From Candidatus Delongbacteria bacterium (GTDB lineage Bacteria > CAIWAD01), in the NCBI GenBank assembly GCA_020634015.1, contig JACKCN010000001.1, forward strand, positions 928,785 to 992,784: a DNA stretch of 64,000 nucleotides. The letters run 5' to 3'. The notes below the pieces were generated by a model. That model saw only the letters and a program-made list of their open reading frames with translations, was not told the DNA's origin and searched no databases. This document shows positions 18,351 to 27,681 of the stretch, piece by piece. Both the position numbers and the translations under genes were made by a program. Numbering within the stretch: the first letter of the stretch is position 1; each line of letters begins with the position of its first letter.

Positions 18351-19739
18351 ATGTCCCACAACCAACTTCCGCCGGGCATTCCCGCCCGGGTCCACTTCTC
18401 CGGCATCGGGGGGGCTGGCATGAGCGCTCTGGCGATCGTGCTGGCCGAGGCGGGCTGCAGCGTCAGCGGCTCCGACCGCGATCGCACGCCCGTGACACAG
18501 GACCTGGAAGCCCGCGGTATCCGCATCACCACCGACCAGACCCGGGTGCCCCTGGAATGGAACCCCCAACTGGTGGTACGCACGGCGGCCATGCGCACGG
18601 ATCACCCCGAAATCCTCTCGGCCCTCGCGGCCGGTCTGCCCGTGATCAAACGGGCCGAGCTGCTGGGCCTGTTCAGCGAATGCGCCCACAGCATCGCCGT
18701 GGCCGGCACACACGGCAAGACCACCGTGACGGCCATGCTGTCCTGGACACTGGATGCCTGCGGCCTGGAGCCGGGCTGGTTCATCGGCGCACGCCTGAAC
18801 AGTCTGCCCCAGGGACGGCTGGGCGCGGGAAACTACCGCGTGCTGGAGGCCGACGAGTTCGACCGCTCCTTCCTGACCCTCAGCCCCGCACATCTGCTGG
18901 TGACACACCTGGACTGGGACCACGTGGACATCTACCCCCGCCCCGCAGACCTTTACTCGGCGATGGACCAGCTGGTGGCCCAGGTCCGTCTGGACCCGGT
19001 GATCCTGCAGGTCTCCGGCGAGCCCGCCGACCTGGCCTGGCGGCCCCGGAACAGACGCACCGTGCTCGTGGGCGAACACGCCGACTGCGACTACCGCCTG
19101 CAGTCCGGCAACGGGATCTGGAGCCTGGTCCGTCAGACGGCCGCAGGTGGCAGCCTGGAGTTCACGCCTCCCCTGCCCGGGCGTCACAACCGCCTGAATG
19201 CGGCCCAGTGCCTGGCCTGGATCTGGGAACACGAGAGCGTGCTGGGCATTCCCGTGAGCCGCGCGGCAGAAGCGCTGCAAGGATTCCACGGTCTGCTGCG
19301 GCGCTTCCAGACCGTCTGGCAGGGCAACGGGCGCCTGCTGCTGGATGACTACGCCCACCACCCCAGCGAGATCGCCGCCTTCATCCAGGCTGCACGCGAA
19401 CTGGCACCCACGCGCCTGACCGTGATCCATCAACCGCATACCTACAGCCGGGTGCGGGCCTTCTGCCGTGAGACGGCCGAGGCACTGGCCGGGGCCGACC
19501 GCGTGATCACCTGGCCGGTCTTCGCCGCCCGTGAAGCCGCCGTGGACGGGGTGACCCATCGTTCCTTCCTGCCCTGGATGGAGAGTCATCCGGACGCCCG
19601 CGCGCTGGACACTCCCGACGAACTGCTGCAGCTGCTGGAAAACACCCGTCCCGGCGAGCTGGTGGCCACCGTGGGCGCGGGCGATTTGTACCGGCTGCAC
19701 CGCGCGATCATTTCCGTGCTGGAAAGGGGACCCGCATGA
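18351..19739 (+). CDS. murC: UDP-N-acetylmuramate--L-alanine ligase
   Basis: 462 aa. VHFSGIGGAGMSALA Rossmann N-terminus and the Mur ligase P-loop VAGTHGKTTVTAM. An Mpl paralogue cannot be excluded without a search. Confidence 0.85.
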   Translation: MSHNQLPPGIPARVHFSGIGGAGMSALAIVLAEAGCSVSGSDRDRTPVTQDLEARGIRITTDQTRVPLEWNPQLVVRTAAMRTDHPEILSALAAGLPVIKRAELLGLFSECAHSIAVAGTHGKTTVTAMLSWTLDACGLEPGWFIGARLNSLPQGRLGAGNYRVLEADEFDRSFLTLSPAHLLVTHLDWDHVDIYPRPADLYSAMDQLVAQVRLDPVILQVSGEPADLAWRPRNRRTVLVGEHADCDYRLQSGNGIWSLVRQTAAGGSLEFTPPLPGRHNRLNAAQCLAWIWEHESVLGIPVSRAAEALQGFHGLLRRFQTVWQGNGRLLLDDYAHHPSEIAAFIQAARELAPTRLTVIHQPHTYSRVRAFCRETAEALAGADRVITWPVFAAREAAVDGVTHRSFLPWMESHPDARALDTPDELLQLLENTRPGELVATVGAGDLYRLHRAIISVLERGPA

Positions 19740-20563
19740 GCATTGACTTCGCCAAGCTGAGCGCCAACGGCAACGACTTCGTGGCCATGGACAACCGCGA
19801 GGGACAGGTGCCCCTCGAGCGCCCCGGTCTGGTCGCCTGGCTGTGTGACCGCAGGCGCGGAGTGGGAGCCGATGGACTGCTGCTGGTGGAGCACGCCCAG
19901 GACGCGGACTTCCGCATGCGCATCTTCAACCCGGACGGCAGCGAGGCGGACATGTGCGGCAACGGGGCGCGAGCTTGCGCCGAATACGCCGCGACCCTGG
20001 GCATCGGAGGGCAGGAACTGACCTTCCAGACCAGGGCAGGACTGCAGCGGGTCAGACGCCAGCAGGGACAGAGCACGCTCTGGATCGGACGCATCGTCGA
20101 AGACCCGGGTCACCTGAAACGGCTGGAGGCGGATGCCCGTCTGGTGGCCAGCATTCAGCCCGCGCGCCTGCTGGGCTTCCTGCGGGTGGGAGTTCCGCAT
20201 TGCGTGCTGGCCGTGAATGATCTGGGCACCTTTCCCATCGAACGCATCGGACCGGCCGTGCGCCATCATCCCAGTTTCGACCCCGAAGGCAGCAACGTGA
20301 TCTTCGTGCAGCGTCTCGACTCGGGTCATGTGCGGGTGCGTGCCTGGGAGAAGGGCGTGGAGGGCGAGACCGAGGGCTGTGGCACGGGCTGCATCGCCGC
20401 CTGTGTGCTGCTGGCCCGGGCGGGCGTGGTGCAGTCACCCATTGACGCCAGCATGGCCGGCGGTGTGATGCGCGTGGGCGAAGATGAGCGGGGCTGGCAT
20501 TTCTCGGGCGAGGTGCATCGCGCGTTCGAGGGCCGGCTGGATCTGCCCGGGTCACTTGGCTGA
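19736..20563 (+). CDS. dapF: diaminopimelate epimerase
   Basis: 275 aa. KLSANGNDFV, FNPDGSEADMCGNGARA and GCGTG motifs supply the two catalytic Cys. ATGA overlap with murC. Confidence 0.9.
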   Translation: MSIDFAKLSANGNDFVAMDNREGQVPLERPGLVAWLCDRRRGVGADGLLLVEHAQDADFRMRIFNPDGSEADMCGNGARACAEYAATLGIGGQELTFQTRAGLQRVRRQQGQSTLWIGRIVEDPGHLKRLEADARLVASIQPARLLGFLRVGVPHCVLAVNDLGTFPIERIGPAVRHHPSFDPEGSNVIFVQRLDSGHVRVRAWEKGVEGETEGCGTGCIAACVLLARAGVVQSPIDASMAGGVMRVGEDERGWHFSGEVHRAFEGRLDLPGSLG

Positions 20564-20582
20564 ACGGTGCGGCCGGGGACCC

Positions 20583-21998
20583 TCAGTAGGCGCCTTCCTG
20601 GGCGGCCACCACTCCCAGAGTCTTGATCAGGATGCGCAGGTCCAGCCAGATCGTCCAGTTGCGGATGTAGTACATGTCCAGGCGCACCCGGTCCTCGAAG
20701 TCCAGGTCGCTGCGTCCGCTGACCTGCCAGAGGCCGGTCAGACCCGGGCGGATGCTCATGAAATTGCGCTGCCAGTGCCCGTACTTGTCGTACTCGACCT
20801 CGTTGATCGGGCGCGGCCCCACCAGCGACATGTCTCCCACCAGCACATTGATGATCTGGGGCAGCTCGTCCAGCGACCAGCGCCGCAGGAACGCGCCCAC
20901 CCGCGTGATCCGTGGATCGTTCTTGAGCTTGCACTGGGCGGCCCACTCGGCGCGGGCGTTCTCGTCCTCGGCCAGCAACTTCTGCAACACGGCGTCGCTG
21001 TCGCGGACCATGGTGCGAAACTTGATCATGTAGATCCACTTCATGCCCCGTCCCCAGCGCCGGTGCCGGTAGATCGGCCAGCCGCGCGAATCCAGCGAGA
21101 TCGCCAGACAGCACACCAGCAGCAAGGGCGCCAGCACCACCAGCCCCGCCAGCGATCCCAGCACGTCGATGGAACGCTTGACGAACTGGTTCATCGCGCT
21201 GCGCAGGTTCTGGTTGAAGTTGAGCACCATGCGCGAACCCAGATGGCTCACTTCCAGCTCGGCCAGTTCCAGCACGGCCACGTCGGGAAAGATCATCAGC
21301 TCGTCCACGCTGCCCATGCTGCGCTGCAGCAGCGTGTTCAAGCGGGCACGTTCCAGGTGCCCCGCGCAGATCAGCAGGCGTGAGGCACCGGTTTCCCGGA
21401 TGATCCGGGGCAGATCGTCCAGCTGGCCCAGCACGGGCAGCGGCAGTTCGGCTCCGCTGAAGGGCGCACCCGCGACGATGCCACACACGCCCAGGCTTTC
21501 GCTGAGCGCCGAGATCTTGCGGCTCTGGAAGTACTCGCGAATGCCTTCTTCGCCCCCCAGCAGCAAGGTGCGCGTGGATCCGCCGGGACGCAGCACCAGG
21601 CGGGACTGCACGGCCATGTGGAACAGGGGCAGCAGCACGGCCGCCATCAGCCAGGCCAGGATCACGGTGCCACGGGGAAAGTCCAGGTCGATGCGGGCCA
21701 GAAACAGCAGGATCAGCAGCAGGGCTCCGGTCTTGAGCGCGGCCCGCACTCCGGCGAAGAATACGTCCCATGGATCACGGGCATCCAGACGGTAGAGCTG
21801 CTCCTGCCAGGCATTCACCAGCCAGAGCACCGCGCCAAAAAAGAAAACCCGCAGCAGGGCGGGGGCAGGGTCCGGTGCAAGCGCCGGCCCGTGTCCGGGC
21901 AGCAGAAGCGCGGGAACACGGGCCAGGCTGAAACATCCGAAAAGCAGCAGAACATCACTCGCGGCCAGCAGGGGGCGGGTGAAGGGTGATCGCCTCAT
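20583..21998 (-). CDS. polyprenyl glycosylphosphotransferase (WbaP/EpsB-type priming sugar transferase)
   Basis: 471 aa. N-terminal TM helices plus the C-terminal bacterial sugar-transferase block KRSIDVLGS...KFRTM...NDPRITRVGAFLRRWSLDELPQIINVLVGDMSLVGPRP. Confidence 0.9.
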   Translation of the reverse strand: MRRSPFTRPLLAASDVLLLFGCFSLARVPALLLPGHGPALAPDPAPALLRVFFFGAVLWLVNAWQEQLYRLDARDPWDVFFAGVRAALKTGALLLILLFLARIDLDFPRGTVILAWLMAAVLLPLFHMAVQSRLVLRPGGSTRTLLLGGEEGIREYFQSRKISALSESLGVCGIVAGAPFSGAELPLPVLGQLDDLPRIIRETGASRLLICAGHLERARLNTLLQRSMGSVDELMIFPDVAVLELAELEVSHLGSRMVLNFNQNLRSAMNQFVKRSIDVLGSLAGLVVLAPLLLVCCLAISLDSRGWPIYRHRRWGRGMKWIYMIKFRTMVRDSDAVLQKLLAEDENARAEWAAQCKLKNDPRITRVGAFLRRWSLDELPQIINVLVGDMSLVGPRPINEVEYDKYGHWQRNFMSIRPGLTGLWQVSGRSDLDFEDRVRLDMYYIRNWTIWLDLRILIKTLGVVAAQEGAY

Positions 21999-23395
21999 TC
22001 AATCTCTTCCAATGCATGCTTCTTGATGCGGTAGCGCATCGTTTCGCGGCTGAGTCCCAGCAGGCGTGCAGCCCGTGAGACATTGTGGCGGGCCTTGTGC
22101 AGCGCCCGGGACAGCAGCACCTTTTCGAACTCCACGATCGAGAACCCGTCGTCGGGAATCTCGAAGTCGTAACCGATGCGCGTGCGTGAGCCATTGCTCT
22201 CGGCACCATTGGCCGGACTGGACGAGCGCCGCCGCCAGAGGTGCAGGTGCTCGGCATCGATCACATCGTCGGCCTCGATCAGCAGGGCCCGCTCGATGGC
22301 ATTGCGCAGTTCGCGGATGTTGCCCGGCCAGTCCCAGTTGCGCAGAGCGTGAATCGCCTGGCTGGAGAAGCGGCAGACTTCGCGTTTGTGCTCGCGCCGG
22401 AAACGGTCCAGGAAGAACTGGGCCAGCGGCACGATGTCTTCCCGGCGCTCGCGCAGGGCGGGCAACTCGATGGTGATCACGTTCAAACGGAAGAACAGGT
22501 CCTCGCGAAAGGACTTCTCGGCGATCATGTCTTCCAGATCCTTGTGGGTGGCCGCCACGAAGCGGATATCCACGGGAATGGTGCGATCGCCGCCCACACG
22601 CCGGATCCGGCGCTCTTCCAGCACCCTCAGCAACTTGGCCTGCAGATTGAAGTCCATGTCGCCGATTTCGTCCAGAAAGAAAGTACCGCCCGAGGCCCGT
22701 TCGATCAATCCGATCTTCCGTTCCTTGGCGTCGGTGAACGAGCCTTTCTCGTGCCCGAACAGCTCCGATTCCAGCAGGTTGCTGGGAATGGCCGAGCAGT
22801 TGACCTCGATGAAGGGCTCCTCGCGGCGGTCCGAGTTGTAGTGGATCGCGCGGGCGAAGAGTTCCTTGCCCGTTCCGGTTTCGCCCTTGATGAACACGGT
22901 GTTGGCGCTGGAGCTGGCGACCTTCTTGGTCATTTCCAGAGTGCGCACCATGGCGGGAGAATTGCCGATGATGTTGCTGAAGTCGTATTCGTCGTCGTGG
23001 CGACTGACCAGTCCCGCCTGGTAACTGGTCTTCAGTTCGCGACGGATCTTGTTCACGATCAGGTGAAACTGCTCGGAGTGCACGGGCTTGAGCAGAAAGT
23101 CGAAAGCCCCGCGTTTCATCGCCTGCAGCACAGCGTCGCTGTTCACCTTTTCCGTCATCATGATGCAGCGCAGATCGGGCAGCACCTCGCGCGCGGACTC
23201 CAGCAACTGGTTGCCGCTCATGTCGGTGTTGCCCAGATCGATCACCATGACTTCGGGGGGAGAATTGCTGAGGGTGTCCAGCGCGGCCCGGCCGCTCTGG
23301 TAATTGCGGCAGGGATGTCCTTCCTCTTCCAGCAAGCGGCAGACGAGGTTCGCGTTCACCGGATCCGCATCAACGACCAGGAAGCTCAGGCTCAT
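21995..23395 (-). CDS. NtrC-family response regulator (REC + sigma-54 AAA+ + HTH)
   Basis: 466 aa. Receiver FLVVDAD...MVIDL, then GETGTGKE, FFLDEIG and a C-terminal HTH. The sigma-54 contact loop reads GSFTDA rather than GAFTGA. Confidence 0.9.
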   Translation of the reverse strand: MSLSFLVVDADPVNANLVCRLLEEEGHPCRNYQSGRAALDTLSNSPPEVMVIDLGNTDMSGNQLLESAREVLPDLRCIMMTEKVNSDAVLQAMKRGAFDFLLKPVHSEQFHLIVNKIRRELKTSYQAGLVSRHDDEYDFSNIIGNSPAMVRTLEMTKKVASSSANTVFIKGETGTGKELFARAIHYNSDRREEPFIEVNCSAIPSNLLESELFGHEKGSFTDAKERKIGLIERASGGTFFLDEIGDMDFNLQAKLLRVLEERRIRRVGGDRTIPVDIRFVAATHKDLEDMIAEKSFREDLFFRLNVITIELPALRERREDIVPLAQFFLDRFRREHKREVCRFSSQAIHALRNWDWPGNIRELRNAIERALLIEADDVIDAEHLHLWRRRSSSPANGAESNGSRTRIGYDFEIPDDGFSIVEFEKVLLSRALHKARHNVSRAARLLGLSRETMRYRIKKHALEEIE

Positions 23396-23401
23396 GATTC
23401 C

Positions 23402-24508
23402 TCACAGGCTTTCCAGGATGCTCAGGTAATTCTGGTAGCGCAGGGGAGAAATCCGGCCGGCTTCCACCGCGTCGGCAACTGCACAGCCCGGTTCCTCGGA
23501 ATGACGGCAATTGGTGAATCGGCACCCGTCGGCTTCCCGGAGAATCTCCGGATAGCCCATCTGCACATCTTCCCGACTCACGCCCCAGAGGGAGAGCTCC
23601 TTGATGCCCGGAGTATCGACGACATGCCCCCCGAAATTGAAGCGGATCAGGCGGGCAGCGGTGGTGGTATGGGTTCCTTTTGAATTGTACTGGCTGATTC
23701 CGCGCACGGTCAGCCGCAGATCCGGATTGAGCGCGTTCAGCAGGGAACTCTTGCCCACCCCGGACTGCCCCGAGAGAACGGTCGTCCTGCCAGTCAGCAG
23801 CGAGCGCAGGCGATCCATTCCTTCGCCGGTCTCGGCGCTGGTAGCACACCAGGGCACGTCCAGTCCGCCGTAGAGCTCGGCGATTTCCTGGTAATGGCGA
23901 TCGGGGTCCAGGTCCACCTTGTTGAAGCACAGCAGGCTGTCAAAGCCATTGACCGCGGCGGTCACCAGATAACGATCGATCAGACCCGGTTTGAGCCAGG
24001 GTTCCTGCACCGAGGCCACGATCAGGATCTGGTCGATGTTGGCCACCATCACCTGCTCCACCTCGCGGTGCAGCTTCGAGGAGCGTGAGAGCCGGTTGCG
24101 GCGGGGGCGCACCTCCACGATCACGCCTTCCTTCTCCTCCAGCACCACGAAGAGTACCTGGTCACCCACGGCCACCAGGGTGCTGTCTTCGTGGGGCGTT
24201 CTGGTGGTGCTGCGCGTGCGGCAGCCGATGGTGCTGCCGTCCTCACGCTCCACCAGGAAGGTGTTGCGGCGGTAAGCCACCACCCGGCCGGGCTCGCCCG
24301 TGCTTTCCTCGGGCAGCACGATGGCCTTGTCGCGCACCCGGCGGCTCAGCATCTCGTCGGCGTGGTGCTCGCTGTCCTCAACGCTCAGCTCTTCGCTGCC
24401 CTGCTCGAGCGCCCGGGCCTTGCGGGCCTGGCGGCGTTCCTCGTGGCGGTCCAGTTCATCCAGCTTGCGGCTCTGTTTCCGCTTCTGGGTCCACATGTTG
24501 CGTGACAT
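23402..24508 (-). CDS. rsgA: ribosome small-subunit-dependent GTPase A
   Basis: 368 aa. Circularly permuted GTPase motifs (CFNKVDL, then GQSGVGKSSLLNAL) and a C-terminal zinc knuckle (FTNCRHSEEPGCAV). An unusual ~75-aa highly charged N-terminal extension is present. Confidence 0.9.
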   Translation of the reverse strand: MSRNMWTQKRKQSRKLDELDRHEERRQARKARALEQGSEELSVEDSEHHADEMLSRRVRDKAIVLPEESTGEPGRVVAYRRNTFLVEREDGSTIGCRTRSTTRTPHEDSTLVAVGDQVLFVVLEEKEGVIVEVRPRRNRLSRSSKLHREVEQVMVANIDQILIVASVQEPWLKPGLIDRYLVTAAVNGFDSLLCFNKVDLDPDRHYQEIAELYGGLDVPWCATSAETGEGMDRLRSLLTGRTTVLSGQSGVGKSSLLNALNPDLRLTVRGISQYNSKGTHTTTAARLIRFNFGGHVVDTPGIKELSLWGVSREDVQMGYPEILREADGCRFTNCRHSEEPGCAVADAVEAGRISPLRYQNYLSILESL

Positions 24509-24659
24509 GCATTCTCGGGATTTGGGACGGTGGCGCCGGGTCCGCGCCCGGTCCGGTGAGGGGCGCGCCGCGGCTGCGTCAAACTTGTGGCATTCGGGGT
24601 GAAGAAGAAACCGATTCCTTGGCAGGTCGGGGATGGGTCAGGCTGGTGGAAGCGGGGGC

Positions 24660-26030
24660 TCAGGCCTCACCCAGTTCCTCGAGAAACTGGCGGGCTTCGC
24701 CACGGCCGCGGCGTTCGGAGACCAGCACCAGCAGCAGCAGGCCCAGCACGAAGAAGACCAGCAGGCTGACGATGCCCGTGCGCATGTCGCCCGTGATCCA
24801 GGTGACCACTCCGAAGGTCAGCATGCCCAGAATGTTGGCCAGACGCCCGCTCATGGTGAAGAAGCCGAAGAACTCGCTCTCCATGCCTTCGGGCAGAATC
24901 ACCGACTGCAGGCTGCGTGACACACCCTGACTGCCGCCCATGGCCACTCCGGCCAGAATGCCCAGCAACCAGAATTCCTGGATGGGAGTCCAGATCACCC
25001 CCAGGAACCAGGCCCAGACCAGTACCAGCACCCAGACCGATAGCGAGATCGCCAGCGACCGCCGGTTGCTGAAACGGTCGGCCAACCAGCCGAAGAGCAT
25101 CGCGCCCACCAGGGCCGTGCCCTGGATCACCAGAAAGAACAGCACCAGCTGTTGCTGCTGCATGCCCAGTTCCACCGCACCGAAGATCGAAGTCAGCCGG
25201 ATCACGGTCTCGATGCCCGTGCCATAGATCAGATAGGCCAGCAGGAACCAGCGCAGGGTGTGCAGACGGCGCATGTGCTTGAGGCTGTGCCACACCCGCC
25301 TGAAGCCGATCTTGAGATACCCACCGAGCTCGCCCGCGCGCCGGGGACGAGGTTCCTTGCGCGGCAGCCAGAGGAAGGTCGGTATCGCGAAGATCAGCCA
25401 CCAGAGCGAGGTCAGCGCAAAACTCCAGCGAAAGTCGAACTGGGGCCACTGGCTCTTGAGCACGAAGATCAGCACCAGCAGCAGCCCGCCGCCCAGGTAG
25501 CCTGCGGCATATCCCAGACCGGACACGCGCCCTTCGGTGCCGCGCTCGCTCACCTCGGGCAGGAAGGCGTCGTAGAACACGCTGCCGCCGGCGAAGCCCA
25601 GATTGCTCAGGATGAACAGCACGCTCACGATGAGCAGATCACCCGCCCCGAAGAAGCTGATCCAACCGGTACTCAGCACACCCATCATCCAGGCGATGGC
25701 CAGGTAGCGCCGCTTGCGCCCCGAGAAATCCGCCAGGGCACCCAGCAGGGGCGAGGCCACGGCCACCAGGACAAGCGCGATGGAATTGACGAAACTGAAC
25801 ACGGTCACCCCGGGTACCGTGACCGTGCGCCCGAAGAGATGGAGCACCGTGCCTGCCTCGCCACCGGCAATCACTTCGGCGAACCAGACGTTGAAGATGA
25901 CCGCGAGGATCACCACCGCATAGGCGCTGTTGGCAAAGTCGTACATCACCCAGCCGGTCACCGGGCGATTGATCAGCATGCGGGGGACGGGGAGCGGACG
26001 CTCGGGAGCGATGGCACCGGGAGGGATCAT
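24660..26030 (-). CDS. MFS transporter, UMF1/Atg22-like family
   Basis: 456 aa and about 12 hydrophobic segments. The N-terminal WVMYDFANSAY signature is typical of the family. Confidence 0.75.
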   Translation of the reverse strand: MIPPGAIAPERPLPVPRMLINRPVTGWVMYDFANSAYAVVILAVIFNVWFAEVIAGGEAGTVLHLFGRTVTVPGVTVFSFVNSIALVLVAVASPLLGALADFSGRKRRYLAIAWMMGVLSTGWISFFGAGDLLIVSVLFILSNLGFAGGSVFYDAFLPEVSERGTEGRVSGLGYAAGYLGGGLLLVLIFVLKSQWPQFDFRWSFALTSLWWLIFAIPTFLWLPRKEPRPRRAGELGGYLKIGFRRVWHSLKHMRRLHTLRWFLLAYLIYGTGIETVIRLTSIFGAVELGMQQQQLVLFFLVIQGTALVGAMLFGWLADRFSNRRSLAISLSVWVLVLVWAWFLGVIWTPIQEFWLLGILAGVAMGGSQGVSRSLQSVILPEGMESEFFGFFTMSGRLANILGMLTFGVVTWITGDMRTGIVSLLVFFVLGLLLLVLVSERRGRGEARQFLEELGEA

Positions 26031-26064
26031 CGAGCGCTCCGGGAGGCGCGGGAAAGACCCGTTC

Positions 26065-26829
26065 TCACTTGCGCCGGACCATCAGGTTCTGCAGGGTCTG
26101 GGCCAGTTTTGCCGGGTCGTGCACCGGATTCAGCTTGCCGTCCACGGCCAGGCTGATCGCCCCCGTTTCCTCGGACACCACCACCACCACCGCATCGGAT
26201 TCTTCGGTGACACCAATGGCCGCCCGGTGGCGCGTGCCCATGGTCACGTCCAGATTGGGGTTGGTCGACAGGGGCAGCAGACATTTGGCCGCCTGGATGA
26301 TCGAGCCGGAAATCATCACCGCGCCGTCGTGCAGCGGTGTCCGCGGGAAGAAGATGGTCACCAGGGTTTCCTTGGTGAGCTCGGCCTGCAGTTTCACCCC
26401 GGTTTCCTGGATGGCGCGCAGGCCCACATCGCGAATCAGCACGAAGAGGCCCCCGTACTGGCGCTTGGACAGATCCTGGGCCGCTTCGGCAACCGTTTCG
26501 TAGAGGCCCGAGGAACGAATCTGGAAGATGCGCGAGAAGATGGGGCTGTTGCCCATCTGGATCAGAAAGCGACGCAATTCGGGCTGGAACAGAATCACGA
26601 TGGCAATGGCCCACACCGTGGTGAACTCGCGGAAGATCAGCGAGACCAGGGTCAGATCCAGCAGCTGCACCACGACGTACACGAAGAACAGCAGCAGCAT
26701 GCCCACGAACATCGGGATGGCGCGCGTGCCCTTCATCATCCGGTAGACCTGGTAGAACAGCGTACTGACCAGGAGAATGTCCACCAGATCGCGCCAGTCG
26801 ATCTGCAGGATGGTCCAGGTATCTCTCAT
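26065..26829 (-). CDS. cdaA: diadenylate cyclase (membrane-anchored CdaA type)
   Basis: Three N-terminal TM helices plus a DisA_N domain (HDGAVMI...GTRHRAAIGVTEESDAVVVVVSEETG). ATG at 26829 overlaps the tsaB stop (TGATG); the track start at 26832 is a GTG. Confidence 0.9.
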   Translation of the reverse strand: MRDTWTILQIDWRDLVDILLVSTLFYQVYRMMKGTRAIPMFVGMLLLFFVYVVVQLLDLTLVSLIFREFTTVWAIAIVILFQPELRRFLIQMGNSPIFSRIFQIRSSGLYETVAEAAQDLSKRQYGGLFVLIRDVGLRAIQETGVKLQAELTKETLVTIFFPRTPLHDGAVMISGSIIQAAKCLLPLSTNPNLDVTMGTRHRAAIGVTEESDAVVVVVSEETGAISLAVDGKLNPVHDPAKLAQTLQNLMVRRK

Positions 26830-27545
26830 CACAGGCGGCTCTTCCCTCGGGTGGGCGTGAATTCCTGCAGGTACCAGGGCTCCAGCAGGCTCGCGTCCTC
26901 GGGGCCCTTCAATCGGTATCGGTCCTGGCCCAGGCGGTTCATCCAGTCCAGCGACAGGCGGTTGGCCGGATCATCGGCCAGAAACACACCCCGGGGTGCG
27001 CTGCGGGCATGGGCGCGCAAATCGTGAACCGCGGGTCCCACCACCAGGGCATCGTCGGGCAGAGTCTCCAGAAACTCATCGAATGAGTGCCGACTGAAGT
27101 CCTGCAGCCGCTGGCAGAAAAAATCCTGGCGCCTGTGCAGTGCGGTGTACAATTCCCCACGCCGGGCGCCCACCACCGGGGCCACCACTCCACTCAGGCA
27201 GGGGGCCTGCTGGGCCAGCACCTCCAATGTATTCAGCGGTACCAGCGGAATGCCATGCCGGAAGGCCAGCCCCTTGGCACTGGCCAGCCCGACCCGCAGT
27301 CCGGTGAAAGAACCGGGACCATTGGCAAGGATGATCAATTCCAGATCGGAAGCGGCCAGGCCCTGGTTGGCCAGCATCTCGCGCAGGTCGGGAATCAGGC
27401 GCGAACCGGCCTTCAGGGCTGAGCCCCAGCTGCGCTCCTCCAGCAGGCCATTGTGGTGCAGGGCCAGTCCTCCGCCGGGTGTGGCCGTGTCGATGACCAG
27501 GGCCAGCCGGTCGGGCAGGGGAAGATGCGGGTCTGGGCTGTGCAT
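26829..27545 (-). CDS. tsaB: tRNA t6A biosynthesis protein TsaB
   Basis: ALVIDTAT...GPGSFTGLRVGLASAKGLA motif. The start is ATG 27545 or the track start 27584. Confidence 0.8.
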   Translation of the reverse strand: MHSPDPHLPLPDRLALVIDTATPGGGLALHHNGLLEERSWGSALKAGSRLIPDLREMLANQGLAASDLELIILANGPGSFTGLRVGLASAKGLAFRHGIPLVPLNTLEVLAQQAPCLSGVVAPVVGARRGELYTALHRRQDFFCQRLQDFSRHSFDEFLETLPDDALVVGPAVHDLRAHARSAPRGVFLADDPANRLSLDWMNRLGQDRYRLKGPEDASLLEPWYLQEFTPTRGKSRL

Positions 27546-27633
27546 GAACTGGGCTCCAGCAGTCGGCGTCGGCAGAGGCCGCAATATAGATCACCGCTGG
27601 CTCCGGCGCACGGTCCGGCGCCGCCCAGCGAGC

Positions 27634-27660
27634 AGAAAAGGCCGTTCAGCGAACGGCCTT
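27634..27660 (-). terminator. intrinsic terminator after the TolC-like gene
   Basis: Minus-strand hairpin AAGGCCGTT-cgctg-AACGGCCTT followed by TTTTCT, about 20 nt after the stop at 27682. Confidence 0.7.
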
Positions 27661-27681
27661 GAGATCGGAAGTGGACGGTCT

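Noticed and set aside
20378-20392. Sigma-54-like -24/-12 element TGGCACGGGCTGCAT. Other TGGCAC hits are near 13285, 15349, 18172 and 39531.
   Set aside because: The GG-to-GC spacing is one nucleotide short and the site lies inside the dapF coding sequence. The other TGGCAC occurrences lack a TTGC at the right distance. I could support no convincing sigma-54 promoter by eye.
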